IMG/VR virus record: IMGVR_UViG_3300045242_000078
Span: 1 to 51,268 of that record
Strand: one strand, 5' to 3'
Source of the DNA: a virus
Taxonomy: Duplodnaviria; Caudoviricetes
DNA length: 51,268 bases
Shown here: piece by piece, positions 1-8,941 of the stretch
Layout of the letters: each line of letters opens with the position of its first letter
Numbering within the stretch: position 1 is the first letter of the stretch
Translations under genes and position numbers: made by a program
The notes under the pieces: generated by a model
Databases searched by the model: none
What the model was told of the DNA's origin: nothing
What the model saw: only the letters and a program-made list of their open reading frames with translations

Positions 1-33
1 CTGCCCAGAAGGGACGGAGTTGGGGCGGATAGC

Positions 34-288
34 TTACTGCTGGACATCGTTATTCTCCTTGCGATTTGATTCAAGTTTCACGGCAGGAATAAACGTGAAA
101 ACTGCCAGAATCGCCACGCACGACGCCCCGATCCAGGATGCATTATAGATCGAATACGCCGAGAGAGCGATTATCCCGAAAAGCGCCGTCAGGCTAAGAA
201 TTCGACTGGCAAGCATCTGGATTCCGACCTTTGCGTAGGCGAACATCACTTTCAGATCGGGCACGCCGATATCATTCATTTGGCTCAT
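34..288 (-). CDS. Small two-TM membrane protein (variant Y)
   Basis: Two hydrophobic helices; GGAGG SD before MSQMND; homolog at 41487-41741. Confidence 0.7.
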   Translation of the reverse strand: MSQMNDIGVPDLKVMFAYAKVGIQMLASRILSLTALFGIIALSAYSIYNASWIGASCVAILAVFTFIPAVKLESNRKENNDVQQ

Positions 289-517
289 CGTCTGCCTCCT
301 TGTTTTTGAAAAACTCACCGGCGCTATCGTCCTGCTGCACGTTCAACCGGATGGACTCAACCTTGAGAAAACGATCGAGCACCTTGCAACGCTCGGTAAG
401 TGAGTATTTCGGATTCTCGCCCGCCTTCGGCTTTTCCATAACCTCGGCCATCATTTCCTTGATTGCCCGCACTAGGACCGGATCAACGCCCTTAGACTTC
501 GCCTTCGGCTTGGTCAT
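272..517 (-). CDS. Hypothetical protein (variant Y)
   Basis: ATGA-coupled to upstream gene; conserved homolog at 41728-41970. Confidence 0.75.
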   Translation of the reverse strand: MTKPKAKSKGVDPVLVRAIKEMMAEVMEKPKAGENPKYSLTERCKVLDRFLKVESIRLNVQQDDSAGEFFKNKEADDEPNE

Positions 518-1728
518 TGGCCGATGCCTGCGCGGTTCGCGTCGTCTTGAGTGACTCGCGCAGGCCGGTTGTTGCCAGCTTCGAACGCGCCAATTCCAAC
601 CCGCGCGGCTGTCGCCGGAATCTGTTCACTACCCGAGTAGAGCATTCGCGCAATGAGGGACTTGAAAAGCGGACTGCGGTCAGCCATGAAGCCGACAAAC
701 TTTACAGGGTTCATCGTGAGCCAGCCAAGCCCTGCTGGGTTCTTGTTCGCGTCCATCAGCACCCTGCGCTCGGCCACGTTCAGAGCGTTCAGCAGCTTGG
801 ATTCCTCGGCGTTCAACGGTTGCACTTGAGGCACCGCCTTTGCGATTTCCTCTTTCAGCCCGCGTGCCAGCGTCTTCTGTGCTTCGATGTCAGCGCCCTT
901 GAGTTCTCCATACGACTTGTCGCCGAGGGAGCGGTAGGTGCCCTGTTTCAATTCCTGCGCGAGTTGGACTGGAATATCCTGCTTACCGACAAGAAGCGGG
1001 TGATTCAAGAATTCGTCCCATGCCTTCTGGATTGCGGCGATGTCCGACTGCGGTGTTACCTGTTTCTCGAACTTCGTCAGCGCATCCTGCAACGTATTGG
1101 CGACTTTGCTCTTGTCCACGGTAGCAGGCGAATTCTGAATCAACTGCTTGATTTGCTGATTCAGGCCCGATATTTTGTCCTGTAGTTTGTCCACGCCGCC
1201 GGGTGTGACGTTGATGCCTTCCTCAAGCATCGTGTCGATTGCCTTTGCCGCCTTCCCGGTTCGCAGCGTTTCGAGCGTCGGCTTGAGGGCGCTTTGCATC
1301 ATGCGCTTCCCCTCGGCTTGGAACGCGGGGGACGCGCCCTTGGCGACTTCGCCCCCTAGCAGCATGGGCAAGGTCTGCAAACCGACGTTCGCGGCGTAGC
1401 CAGCACCCGCGGCCACGTTGGGAGACATTCCGACCTTTGCCGCCGCGTCCGTCACCCTCCCCCCGCCTTCGTAGGCGGCCCTATCGAGCAGCTTCCCGGC
1501 GGTTTCCGTCCCCTTCATGATGCCGGTAATCGGCAAGCCCATGAGCCCGAATTTGCCAACGTTCGACATGGCTGACTCAGCGAAAGAACGCAACGCGGAC
1601 GGTTTCTCTTTCTTGGGTCCGGCGTTCTCTGGAGCCTCAAGTTGAGCAATCAGCGCCGGGTCCGTTACAAGCTTGCTGCCGGCTGAACCGAGTTCGGCCA
1701 GCAACGCGGGGTCGGTGACTTCTTTCAT
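514..1728 (-). CDS. Putative DNA ejection/internal virion protein 3 (variant Y)
   Basis: Follows the nozzle/ejection cluster; helical and Ala/Lys-rich; N-terminal VTDPAL(L/I)A(E/Q)L repeat; ATGA overlap at 1725-1728. Confidence 0.6.
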   Translation of the reverse strand: MKEVTDPALLAELGSAGSKLVTDPALIAQLEAPENAGPKKEKPSALRSFAESAMSNVGKFGLMGLPITGIMKGTETAGKLLDRAAYEGGGRVTDAAAKVGMSPNVAAGAGYAANVGLQTLPMLLGGEVAKGASPAFQAEGKRMMQSALKPTLETLRTGKAAKAIDTMLEEGINVTPGGVDKLQDKISGLNQQIKQLIQNSPATVDKSKVANTLQDALTKFEKQVTPQSDIAAIQKAWDEFLNHPLLVGKQDIPVQLAQELKQGTYRSLGDKSYGELKGADIEAQKTLARGLKEEIAKAVPQVQPLNAEESKLLNALNVAERRVLMDANKNPAGLGWLTMNPVKFVGFMADRSPLFKSLIARMLYSGSEQIPATAARVGIGAFEAGNNRPARVTQDDANRAGIGQ

Positions 1729-3269
1729 TTCTCGAACCACTTCCCGTCGCGCTTGACGTAATCCTTGCTGTTGATGGTTTTAGTTTCTTCGCCAGGCTTC
1801 GGGTCAGTCGCGCGCCGGTTCTTGTTGTCGCCGATTTCCTTCGTTCGTTTCAGTAAGTCCTCGCGCGCGTCGATCAAGCCGAGTTCGGCCTGATGCCCCT
1901 CAATGCGCAACTGCTGCATGGCGGCCTTGTAGACCGCAGGGGAATCAGCCGTGGCAAGCATTTTTTCTGCCTCCTGCAAGCTATGTACCGTGGGCGCCCC
2001 GCGTTGGATCAGCGCCCCGTAGGCGTTCTGGACGGCGCGGTTAGCAACAACCAGTTGCTTCTGCTCCGGGCTCCACGTGGATTCAGCGGCCTGTAGAAGC
2101 TGGTTTAGCGGCTTCCATCCGGTGCGCGCCACGGCATCTATGGCTTTTTCAGCCGGAGGGATGAACCGCTCCAGTTCCTTGTTTGCGATTGCAACGGACG
2201 CCGATTGCGTGCCAATGCGCTGCGCCTCTGCGTTGATCTCGCGCAGATGAATCTTGTTCGCCACCATATCGCTAGGGTCGCCCGTTCCCACAGTGGTCGC
2301 GGCAGAATACACGTCCCCGGAAAACTGCTTGCCGACGGTCTGAGCAAAGCGCGTTGGCAGCGGCGTGCCGGTCGAGACGATCTTCGCCCAGAAATCCACC
2401 TTCTTTTTGTACTCTGGGTCCGCGTTGTACTGCTCGCTGAGTCCGGCGGTCGCTCCGGGGCCTGCTTTTTCGTCCGCAGCCTTGCGATTGGCGGCGTTCT
2501 CGCGCGCCACCTGCTCCATTTCCTGGTCGTGGCGCTTCCGCTCGACAGCCGCATCGTGCCGCTCGCCGATCTGCGCCCGCGCCACCGTCAGCCTGTCGAT
2601 GGCCTTTTCTGTCGAACTGAGGATGGTTTCGCCTCTTTTTACCTTGTCCGACAGCGATTTCTGCTCGTGGCCAGCCGCTTTGTCGTCAAAATCGTACCTT
2701 TCCAAGATTAAATCGTGCTCCAGCGTCCACGCGGCGACGTTGTTCTTGTTTTTCCGGTCGTTTGCGGCCATGTCGCGCTGCAAAGCGGCGTTTCGTTCCT
2801 TCATCGAGGCCAAGTTCGTGTCGTAAATCTTGAGCGATTCGGCGACTTGGCGGTCATCTTCCTTCATGAAGCCGTTCATCGCCCCGGTAAGCGCCGTCAT
2901 CGTGTTGTTGTAGGGCGAGCGGGACGCCTTGCCGGCGAACATTGAGGCGACCAGCAGCATGCCGAAGGTCTTTTGAAGCTCCTGCGGGTCCAAAGCGGGC
3001 CGCTGGGAGGGTTCCATGCGTTCTTCCTTCTGGATTGGCTCGTCGGCGGCCTTGTGCGCTGCCTCTCTCAGCTTGTCCGAGGCCGGCTTTAGCTCCGCAG
3101 CGGCATCCCGCGCCCGCTGCGCACGGCTGGCCGAAAGGTCGGATTCCTGCTGCTGCAAGTCCGCAACGTCCCCCGCCTGCGCCGCGCTTTTGCCCTCCAG
3201 ATCGAAGATTCGGCGGTCAAACTGCTGCCCGAGGCCAGCAGAATCGACGGTTGCTTGGTCAAGAGCCAT
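1725..3269 (-). CDS. Putative DNA ejection/internal virion protein 2 (variant Y)
   Basis: Long helical/coiled-coil protein with a short hydrophobic segment; start MALDQ matches copy 2. Confidence 0.6.
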   Translation of the reverse strand: MALDQATVDSAGLGQQFDRRIFDLEGKSAAQAGDVADLQQQESDLSASRAQRARDAAAELKPASDKLREAAHKAADEPIQKEERMEPSQRPALDPQELQKTFGMLLVASMFAGKASRSPYNNTMTALTGAMNGFMKEDDRQVAESLKIYDTNLASMKERNAALQRDMAANDRKNKNNVAAWTLEHDLILERYDFDDKAAGHEQKSLSDKVKRGETILSSTEKAIDRLTVARAQIGERHDAAVERKRHDQEMEQVARENAANRKAADEKAGPGATAGLSEQYNADPEYKKKVDFWAKIVSTGTPLPTRFAQTVGKQFSGDVYSAATTVGTGDPSDMVANKIHLREINAEAQRIGTQSASVAIANKELERFIPPAEKAIDAVARTGWKPLNQLLQAAESTWSPEQKQLVVANRAVQNAYGALIQRGAPTVHSLQEAEKMLATADSPAVYKAAMQQLRIEGHQAELGLIDAREDLLKRTKEIGDNKNRRATDPKPGEETKTINSKDYVKRDGKWFEK

Positions 3270-3279
3270 GATTTTCGCC

Positions 3280-4848
3280 TCATTTCGTCGTGGCAACGCC
3301 GGATTGAGTGGCCGGCAGTCGGGCGCCGAGCGTGCCCAACATCGTCATGAAGTCGGTCAACGCCTTCGCCGCCGCTTGATCCCCTGCAATCTGCGCCTTG
3401 ATCGCCTCAACCTGGGTGTTGTCGGTCAGGTTCAGTTCGTTCAGGCCCTGGGTGAGCAGGTTTTGCCGCGCCTGCTCGGTCTGCGCGTCGGCTTGCTGGT
3501 TGATGTTGGCGATCGTGCCCTGCAACTGGCTGCTATCGGGGATGCCCGCTTTCGCGTAGAAATCGTTCGCCCGGTTGATCGCCGCCTGCTTGGTCTGCTG
3601 GATGTTGAAGGCGTCGGCGGCGTTGATCGTCCCGGCCTTGTACTGGGCGAGCAACTGATTGGCGATATCGCGCTGCGGTCCGCCTAGTGACTTTATCTCG
3701 TCGAAGTACTTATTCGCGTTGCTGCTCGATGTCGCCAAACCGGCCAGCCCGCCGATGGCCGGGGCGAGCTTCAGGAGGTCGCTCGCATTGCTTGGCAAGC
3801 CGGGAACGCCTGAACTTGGCGCCCCAGGAGCGCCGCTGATCGGGTTTCCGAATAAATCCGTGTTCGTATCGGTGCCCGGCGCAACGTCGGATAGGGGCGT
3901 GTCCGAAGGCGCCTGATGCACGGTATTGAACGATCCGCCTTGCTGGTTGATGAAGTCCTGAGCGGTGCCGAGTTCGGCCGGCTGGTTTGCGCCGCTACCG
4001 ACCAGAGATTTAGCCGCAGCCGCGGTCGATGCGCCGGCGGCGGTCGTCTGGAGTGGCGACAGACCGGACCCGCCGGCGGTAGGAGTAGCAGGCGCCGTCG
4101 GCGCAGTCGGGGCGGTTCCGGCTGGAGGACCTGGCGCGGTCGGCGCCGGCGATGCAGCCGGAGGCGTGGGCGCCGTTTCAGGCAGCACGGCGCCAGGCGC
4201 GGCGGCTTCCGGCAATGCCGAGGGCAAGCCCTGCGCCGAAGCGTTGGCAGCGGTAGGGAGCCCGGCGTCGCTGGCCGCACCGGGAGCAGCTTGCGCCGCG
4301 AGCCCGCCAGCGGCACCACCGACTGCGCCCGCGGTCGCAGCGTCAAGGCCCCAATTCGCGGTATTGCCTGCGATCAACGATCCAAGCGCATCGCCACCAC
4401 CCGCCCCTACCGCATTGGCAGCCTCCAGCGTGCCGGGAGCAGCACCGAAACCTCCCGCTGCGCCAGCCGCACCGCCAAGTGCGCCCGCCGCCGCCGGCAG
4501 GAACGCCGAGCCCGCCGCCAGCCCGCCGATGATGCCGCCGACTCCTGGGCCGAACGGGTTAGCGTTGCGCGCCTGATTCGCTGAAAGCTGTTGCTGCCAC
4601 TCTGGCGTGACCTTTCCAGCGGCATCCGTGACCATGACCGGTTGACCGTCGCGCCCCGGAGCAAACGCAGGCTGCCCAGGAGGCGGAGCGTTTTGCGAAA
4701 GCGCTCCCGTAACGTCGTTCTTGTACCAGATTTGAGTGTCATCACCACCAGGAATGAACTTGTTGTCTGTGACCATCACCCATCTGCCAACAGGAGCGGC
4801 TTGCTGCACCCCGCCCGCCGTGGCCGATTGTTGAGGTAAGGTAGCCAT
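3280..4848 (-). CDS. Putative DNA ejection/pilot protein 1
   Basis: Gly/Ala-rich hydrophobic stretches, Pro/Ala linker and Gln-rich C-terminus typical of pilot proteins; AGGA SD. Confidence 0.55.
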   Translation of the reverse strand: MATLPQQSATAGGVQQAAPVGRWVMVTDNKFIPGGDDTQIWYKNDVTGALSQNAPPPGQPAFAPGRDGQPVMVTDAAGKVTPEWQQQLSANQARNANPFGPGVGGIIGGLAAGSAFLPAAAGALGGAAGAAGGFGAAPGTLEAANAVGAGGGDALGSLIAGNTANWGLDAATAGAVGGAAGGLAAQAAPGAASDAGLPTAANASAQGLPSALPEAAAPGAVLPETAPTPPAASPAPTAPGPPAGTAPTAPTAPATPTAGGSGLSPLQTTAAGASTAAAAKSLVGSGANQPAELGTAQDFINQQGGSFNTVHQAPSDTPLSDVAPGTDTNTDLFGNPISGAPGAPSSGVPGLPSNASDLLKLAPAIGGLAGLATSSSNANKYFDEIKSLGGPQRDIANQLLAQYKAGTINAADAFNIQQTKQAAINRANDFYAKAGIPDSSQLQGTIANINQQADAQTEQARQNLLTQGLNELNLTDNTQVEAIKAQIAGDQAAAKALTDFMTMLGTLGARLPATQSGVATTK

Positions 4849-4857
4849 GATCTGTCC

Positions 4858-5196
4858 TTAAAGTCCGAGCGCCTGCTCGATTCTCTGATGCGCGAACGTG
4901 TGATTCTGCTGCCAGTCCTCGGCCTGCGCGCTGTCTTTCGGATCAAGCGTATCGAGGTCAACCGGTAGCGGCAGCCCGAGCGCCGTTGCAATCGAAGCGT
5001 GCACCTCGGCGTGCAAGTTCAGCCAGTCCTCGGTAATGCCGCCCGTCGTGAATAGCGGGTAATGCGCGCTCACCACCTGCAACTGCTCCATGAGGGCGCC
5101 ATAAATCGTTTCGTGCGCGAGGTCATTCAAATCCAAGAACTGCACCAGAGCACCCGCGTCCTGCATGTCGAAATCTTGCAAACTGCTCAAGTTCAT
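4858..5196 (-). CDS. Hypothetical virion-module protein (His-rich, acidic)
   Basis: ORF packed between structural genes; GC3 codon bias. Confidence 0.65.
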   Translation of the reverse strand: MNLSSLQDFDMQDAGALVQFLDLNDLAHETIYGALMEQLQVVSAHYPLFTTGGITEDWLNLHAEVHASIATALGLPLPVDLDTLDPKDSAQAEDWQQNHTFAHQRIEQALGL

Positions 5197-5198
5197 GG

Positions 5199-5831
5199 TC
5201 AGTAGCGATACCACGCTCTGAGTTGGTCCCCGGTCTGCGGCGTTGACGCAGCCACAAACGTAATCGTCAACCCGGCCAGGTTGTAATCTATGCCGGCAAG
5301 GTACGATGTCCCGTCCTTGTGCGTTAGCAGCAGGCTCGCCGCAGGCGTCGGCGCGTGGGCGAGCGTGAATACTTTGTTTCCTACCGTGCCCGCGCCGTTG
5401 ATGGTGCCAACTGGAGTTTCGTTATCGGCAAACTGCGGCCCGCCCGTCGCTTGTCCGACCAGCTTGTATTGTGTTCCGTCGTACACCACCGACACCACCG
5501 CGCCCGAGCGGATCGTGCCCGCGGCAATCGCGCTTCCGTCGAAGTTCGTAATCGGCACCGTGCCAGTACCATAGGCATTGAGCGTGGAGGCCCCGGTGTT
5601 GGTCGTCGCCGCGAGGAATTGAATCGCAAGCCCCGCCGCGAGCACCGCCGTCACGCCGACAGGCAGGCTCACGATGTACACGTTCGCAGCGCCGGTATCG
5701 ACCAGATAATTGCCGAACGTATTCGTGCTCGCAATCGCCGCTTTGAGCGCCGCGAAATTCGCATCCAGTTGAACGAGGCTCCAGGGTGCCGAGAGGTTCG
5801 CAAAGGTGGTGATCGTTACTGGTGCTGGCAT
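5199..5831 (-). CDS. Short tail fibre/needle-like structural protein
   Basis: QLDANF N-terminal motif, ATTNTGASTLN beta motif, DYxLAG..ITF..P..GD C-terminal motif. Confidence 0.6.
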   Translation of the reverse strand: MPAPVTITTFANLSAPWSLVQLDANFAALKAAIASTNTFGNYLVDTGAANVYIVSLPVGVTAVLAAGLAIQFLAATTNTGASTLNAYGTGTVPITNFDGSAIAAGTIRSGAVVSVVYDGTQYKLVGQATGGPQFADNETPVGTINGAGTVGNKVFTLAHAPTPAASLLLTHKDGTSYLAGIDYNLAGLTITFVAASTPQTGDQLRAWYRY

Positions 5832-5841
5832 GGTGAATTCT

Positions 5842-7371
5842 CTACTGTGCGCGAGTCGCCCAATCCGTCGAGCGGCTGTATTGCGTCAAGAACCCTTCGA
5901 CGATGTACGCGGGAGAACTGGACGTCATCGTGAATCCAAGATATCGACCCTTGAACTCCGCGTCGCCCTGGAAAATGTTGAAGCCAGAAAATATCCAGTC
6001 CCCGGTGACCAGCGCCGCATTGATCCACTCGCCCAACTGCCCGGCGGCGTTGAACCATTGCCCGGTGTTCGTTGCCGAGAGCATCACTGGCACGGTGCCG
6101 AAGTCGGAATCGAGCGACAAGCTCAACCAGAAAGGATGTGCAACCGTGGTGACTTCGACCCCGGCCTTTTGGCCTTCCTTCATGCGCGTGGGCTCTTTCA
6201 TTGGCCAGAGCGCCGTCTGAATCTTGGTGTCAATCGGCGCCGTGGTATCTGAAAAGAGCTTGTAGATGTTCGTGCCGTCCGTGCCAAAGAGCGCCGTTTT
6301 CTCCGCCTGGAAGCCGCCCGCAATGAGGGTGAGCGCGTCGCCTTGGCTGGCGAGGAACCACTTGTCATTGAAAAGAATCGCTAGAAGCGCCCGCTCGCCG
6401 CGCGCGGCATCGTTATAGCGAAACAGAAACGCGAGACACAAAATCTGGTAGATGTTCGCCGGCCCCCCTGAAACTAAGTCCTGATAAACCAAGTCCCGAA
6501 ATACGCCGTCCAGCTTGTCTGAGATTTTCTGCGGCGTCGCGCCGTTGAGCACATAGAAGCCGCTATCGGTGACGAACGCTACAAGCCGGTAGTAGGCGAA
6601 AATCGACATGCGCTGCGTCGATCCGATCAGGGCGGAAATGTTCGTGTTGGAAAAAAGCGTCGGCGTCGGCGTGCCGGTGCCCAAGCGCACGTCCGACACG
6701 ATGTTGAACGACGTGTTCCCCGCGATGTAGATAAAATTATTCGCCGTGAAAAGCGCCGTGATGTTCGAATGCAGCGTTTCGTCGGTGACGATGAAGGTGC
6801 CGCCCGAGCTCGCCGTGGTGAAGTCCTGATAGCTGTTCGGACCTGAGAACGTGATCGTGCGCAGGAACCCGACCCACACGCGGCCCGCGTAGGTGGCGAT
6901 GGTCGCGCCGAACGCAGGCGCCCCGGTGATTGAGGCGAGCACCACAAGCCCGCCGATAGGGTCCCAACTCCAGTATCCGTTCGCAGCAACGATCAGCGCG
7001 CGCTCGTTTTTCCACTGCGCGATTGAGACTTGCCCGACGAACGTGCCGCCCGCCGCTATCACGGTCACGGCGAACGTGGCGAGGTTCAACGCGTGCCCGC
7101 CGCCGCCCACGTTGAAGCACAATTGAAAATCCACGTTGCCGATATTCGCGTACTTCCAATAGTTGATGGTCACCGCCGGAATCGTCGCAACCAGCGTCGG
7201 CGCAGGAATGCAGCGCAGGTTCGCATACCCGACCGGCATCACGTTTTCAAGCCAGGAGAATTCTTTCTCGTCAATCGCCGTGCGCTGCGCCTGCGTGTTG
7301 ATGCCGGCGAAGTCCTTTACGCTCAGGTCTTGATCTAGCGTTTCAGCAGCGAGTGCGCGCGCGTTCACCAT
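5842..7371 (-). CDS. Tail nozzle/tubular protein B (P22 gp10-like position)
   Basis: 509-aa beta-rich protein after the adaptor; F.GIN..WLEN.MP N-terminus. Confidence 0.65.
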   Translation of the reverse strand: MVNARALAAETLDQDLSVKDFAGINTQAQRTAIDEKEFSWLENVMPVGYANLRCIPAPTLVATIPAVTINYWKYANIGNVDFQLCFNVGGGGHALNLATFAVTVIAAGGTFVGQVSIAQWKNERALIVAANGYWSWDPIGGLVVLASITGAPAFGATIATYAGRVWVGFLRTITFSGPNSYQDFTTASSGGTFIVTDETLHSNITALFTANNFIYIAGNTSFNIVSDVRLGTGTPTPTLFSNTNISALIGSTQRMSIFAYYRLVAFVTDSGFYVLNGATPQKISDKLDGVFRDLVYQDLVSGGPANIYQILCLAFLFRYNDAARGERALLAILFNDKWFLASQGDALTLIAGGFQAEKTALFGTDGTNIYKLFSDTTAPIDTKIQTALWPMKEPTRMKEGQKAGVEVTTVAHPFWLSLSLDSDFGTVPVMLSATNTGQWFNAAGQLGEWINAALVTGDWIFSGFNIFQGDAEFKGRYLGFTMTSSSPAYIVEGFLTQYSRSTDWATRAQ

Positions 7372-7372
7372 G

Positions 7373-8224
7373 TCACGAAACCGCGTAAGGGTGTTTCAGG
7401 CGACGCGTGTACGCCGAGTTGATCGCCTTGATGACTTCATTGTTGTAGCGTTGGTAAAACATCTCGGCTTCGCTCCACTTCTGCGCCTTGATCTTCGCCA
7501 AGTGCGCCGCGAAATACTGCACCGGGTCTTGCATCACAATCGGAATCACTTCCAGACTCGTGTTATCCACGAGCGGCGGCGGCTGCTGCACCGAATCGAA
7601 GTCCGCCTTGTACGCCTGATCCGGGATGCGCGCGATGTACGTTTGCGTGTAGCCGTAGATGGAAAAGACAACGGGCCTGCCGGGGGTTCCGACAAAACTG
7701 CGCGCGAGCGCGTTGAAGGTGGACCAGTCCCGGTAGGCAAGCACGATGCGCGAATTGCCCGAGTACACCGTGAGGTTTACGCAGTCAATCGTGCTCGAAT
7801 TGATGAAGTAGGCGGTTGCCGCGGAGCCGGTTCCGGGCCCGCCGAAACTAACCGCGGGCGTGCTCGCGTACAGCGTCCCCGGATTCGTCACCACGATGTC
7901 CGTCACCGCGCCCCCCGTGACTGTGGCAACGGCAGTCGCGGTTACACCGCCGGTCACTCCCGGTCCGGCGATGGTGACGGCGGGCGCGGTGACGTAGCCG
8001 GTACCGGGCGATGTGATCTGGAAGCCCGTCACGGAACCGAATGGGTAAACCTCAACGCCAGTCGATAGGTAGAGCGTCTGGAGCAGACGGTTGCAGCCGG
8101 TATCGCGGACTACGCGCGTGCGGGCGGCGTTTACGTAGTCGCCGATCTCCGCGACGCTCGTAAACTGTCCAGCTGCGTCGTGCAGGAGCCTTTGGACTTG
8201 GATTACGTACTGGTTTAGCGCCAT
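7373..8224 (-). CDS. Head-tail adaptor with inserted PGTGYxTAPxVT domain
   Basis: Helical N/C termini (YVNAARTRV; YFAAHLAKIK) plus a Gly/Thr repeat insert. Confidence 0.6.
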   Translation of the reverse strand: MALNQYVIQVQRLLHDAAGQFTSVAEIGDYVNAARTRVVRDTGCNRLLQTLYLSTGVEVYPFGSVTGFQITSPGTGYVTAPAVTIAGPGVTGGVTATAVATVTGGAVTDIVVTNPGTLYASTPAVSFGGPGTGSAATAYFINSSTIDCVNLTVYSGNSRIVLAYRDWSTFNALARSFVGTPGRPVVFSIYGYTQTYIARIPDQAYKADFDSVQQPPPLVDNTSLEVIPIVMQDPVQYFAAHLAKIKAQKWSEAEMFYQRYNNEVIKAINSAYTRRLKHPYAVS

Positions 8225-8236
8225 TGCGCGGGCTTG

Positions 8237-8650
8237 TTAGCCCGCTTGCGCTTGCCGAGCGGCTGCGAGCTTCTGAAGTGGACCGACCCTGCCGTTAGCT
8301 ACTCCCGGCGCGGGGTAGGCAGTCATCCCCGCGCCGGTTTCGTCATCACCAGCCGGGACGGAGGGGCCGGAGATTAGTTGATGCGCGCGCGCCTCTTTTT
8401 CTGACATATGGAAGGAGAATTGCCCGAGCCGTTCCAGCGCCTTCGGCATGTCGTCCAGCGTGAAGGCGAGCCCGAGCCGGCGGATGACGCGCGTCTTGTC
8501 CTCTTCGCCAAAGCCCAAGCAGAGTTCGGCGGTTTCGACCAGCATCTCTTCGACACCGCCCGCCGGAATCGTGAAGTCCTCGCCGTTGTAGCGGTCGCGG
8601 AAAGGTTTGTCGCCGTGGTTCGCAACGAACACGGTTTGCTGTCGGATCAT
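8237..8650 (-). CDS. Hypothetical virion-module protein
   Basis: ATGA-coupled start; conserved in copy 2 with synonymous changes. Confidence 0.7.
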   Translation of the reverse strand: MIRQQTVFVANHGDKPFRDRYNGEDFTIPAGGVEEMLVETAELCLGFGEEDKTRVIRRLGLAFTLDDMPKALERLGQFSFHMSEKEARAHQLISGPSVPAGDDETGAGMTAYPAPGVANGRVGPLQKLAAARQAQAG

Positions 8651-8913
8651 GATGCGAGTTCCCAATCGGTAGCGAGCAAATCAGTTTGGGAACACAGCCA
8701 CGGAACGATGTCCCCGGTTGCCGTTTTCATATCCACGTGAGCGTGATAGGTGACTTCTGTTCCTACCGGATAGATGCCGAGCAACGGAGGGCGGTTGACT
8801 TCAAACTTGCTGCCAGGAACAAGGAACAGGAACATGTTTTTTCCGTTCCACCCGGAACGCGCCACGCGAGCGCCGTCTTGCATCTGCTTCACCGCCCACC
8901 CGATGCCGTTCAT
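8647..8913 (-). CDS. DUF2829 / Tad2-like anti-defence nucleotide-sponge family protein
   Basis: A..G.RVAR.GWNGK.MFLFL and VPWL.SQTDLLA.DW signature motifs. Confidence 0.8.
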   Translation of the reverse strand: MNGIGWAVKQMQDGARVARSGWNGKNMFLFLVPGSKFEVNRPPLLGIYPVGTEVTYHAHVDMKTATGDIVPWLCSQTDLLATDWELAS

Positions 8914-8941
8914 AGTCTGCCCCTTCGATCCACGTGGAACC

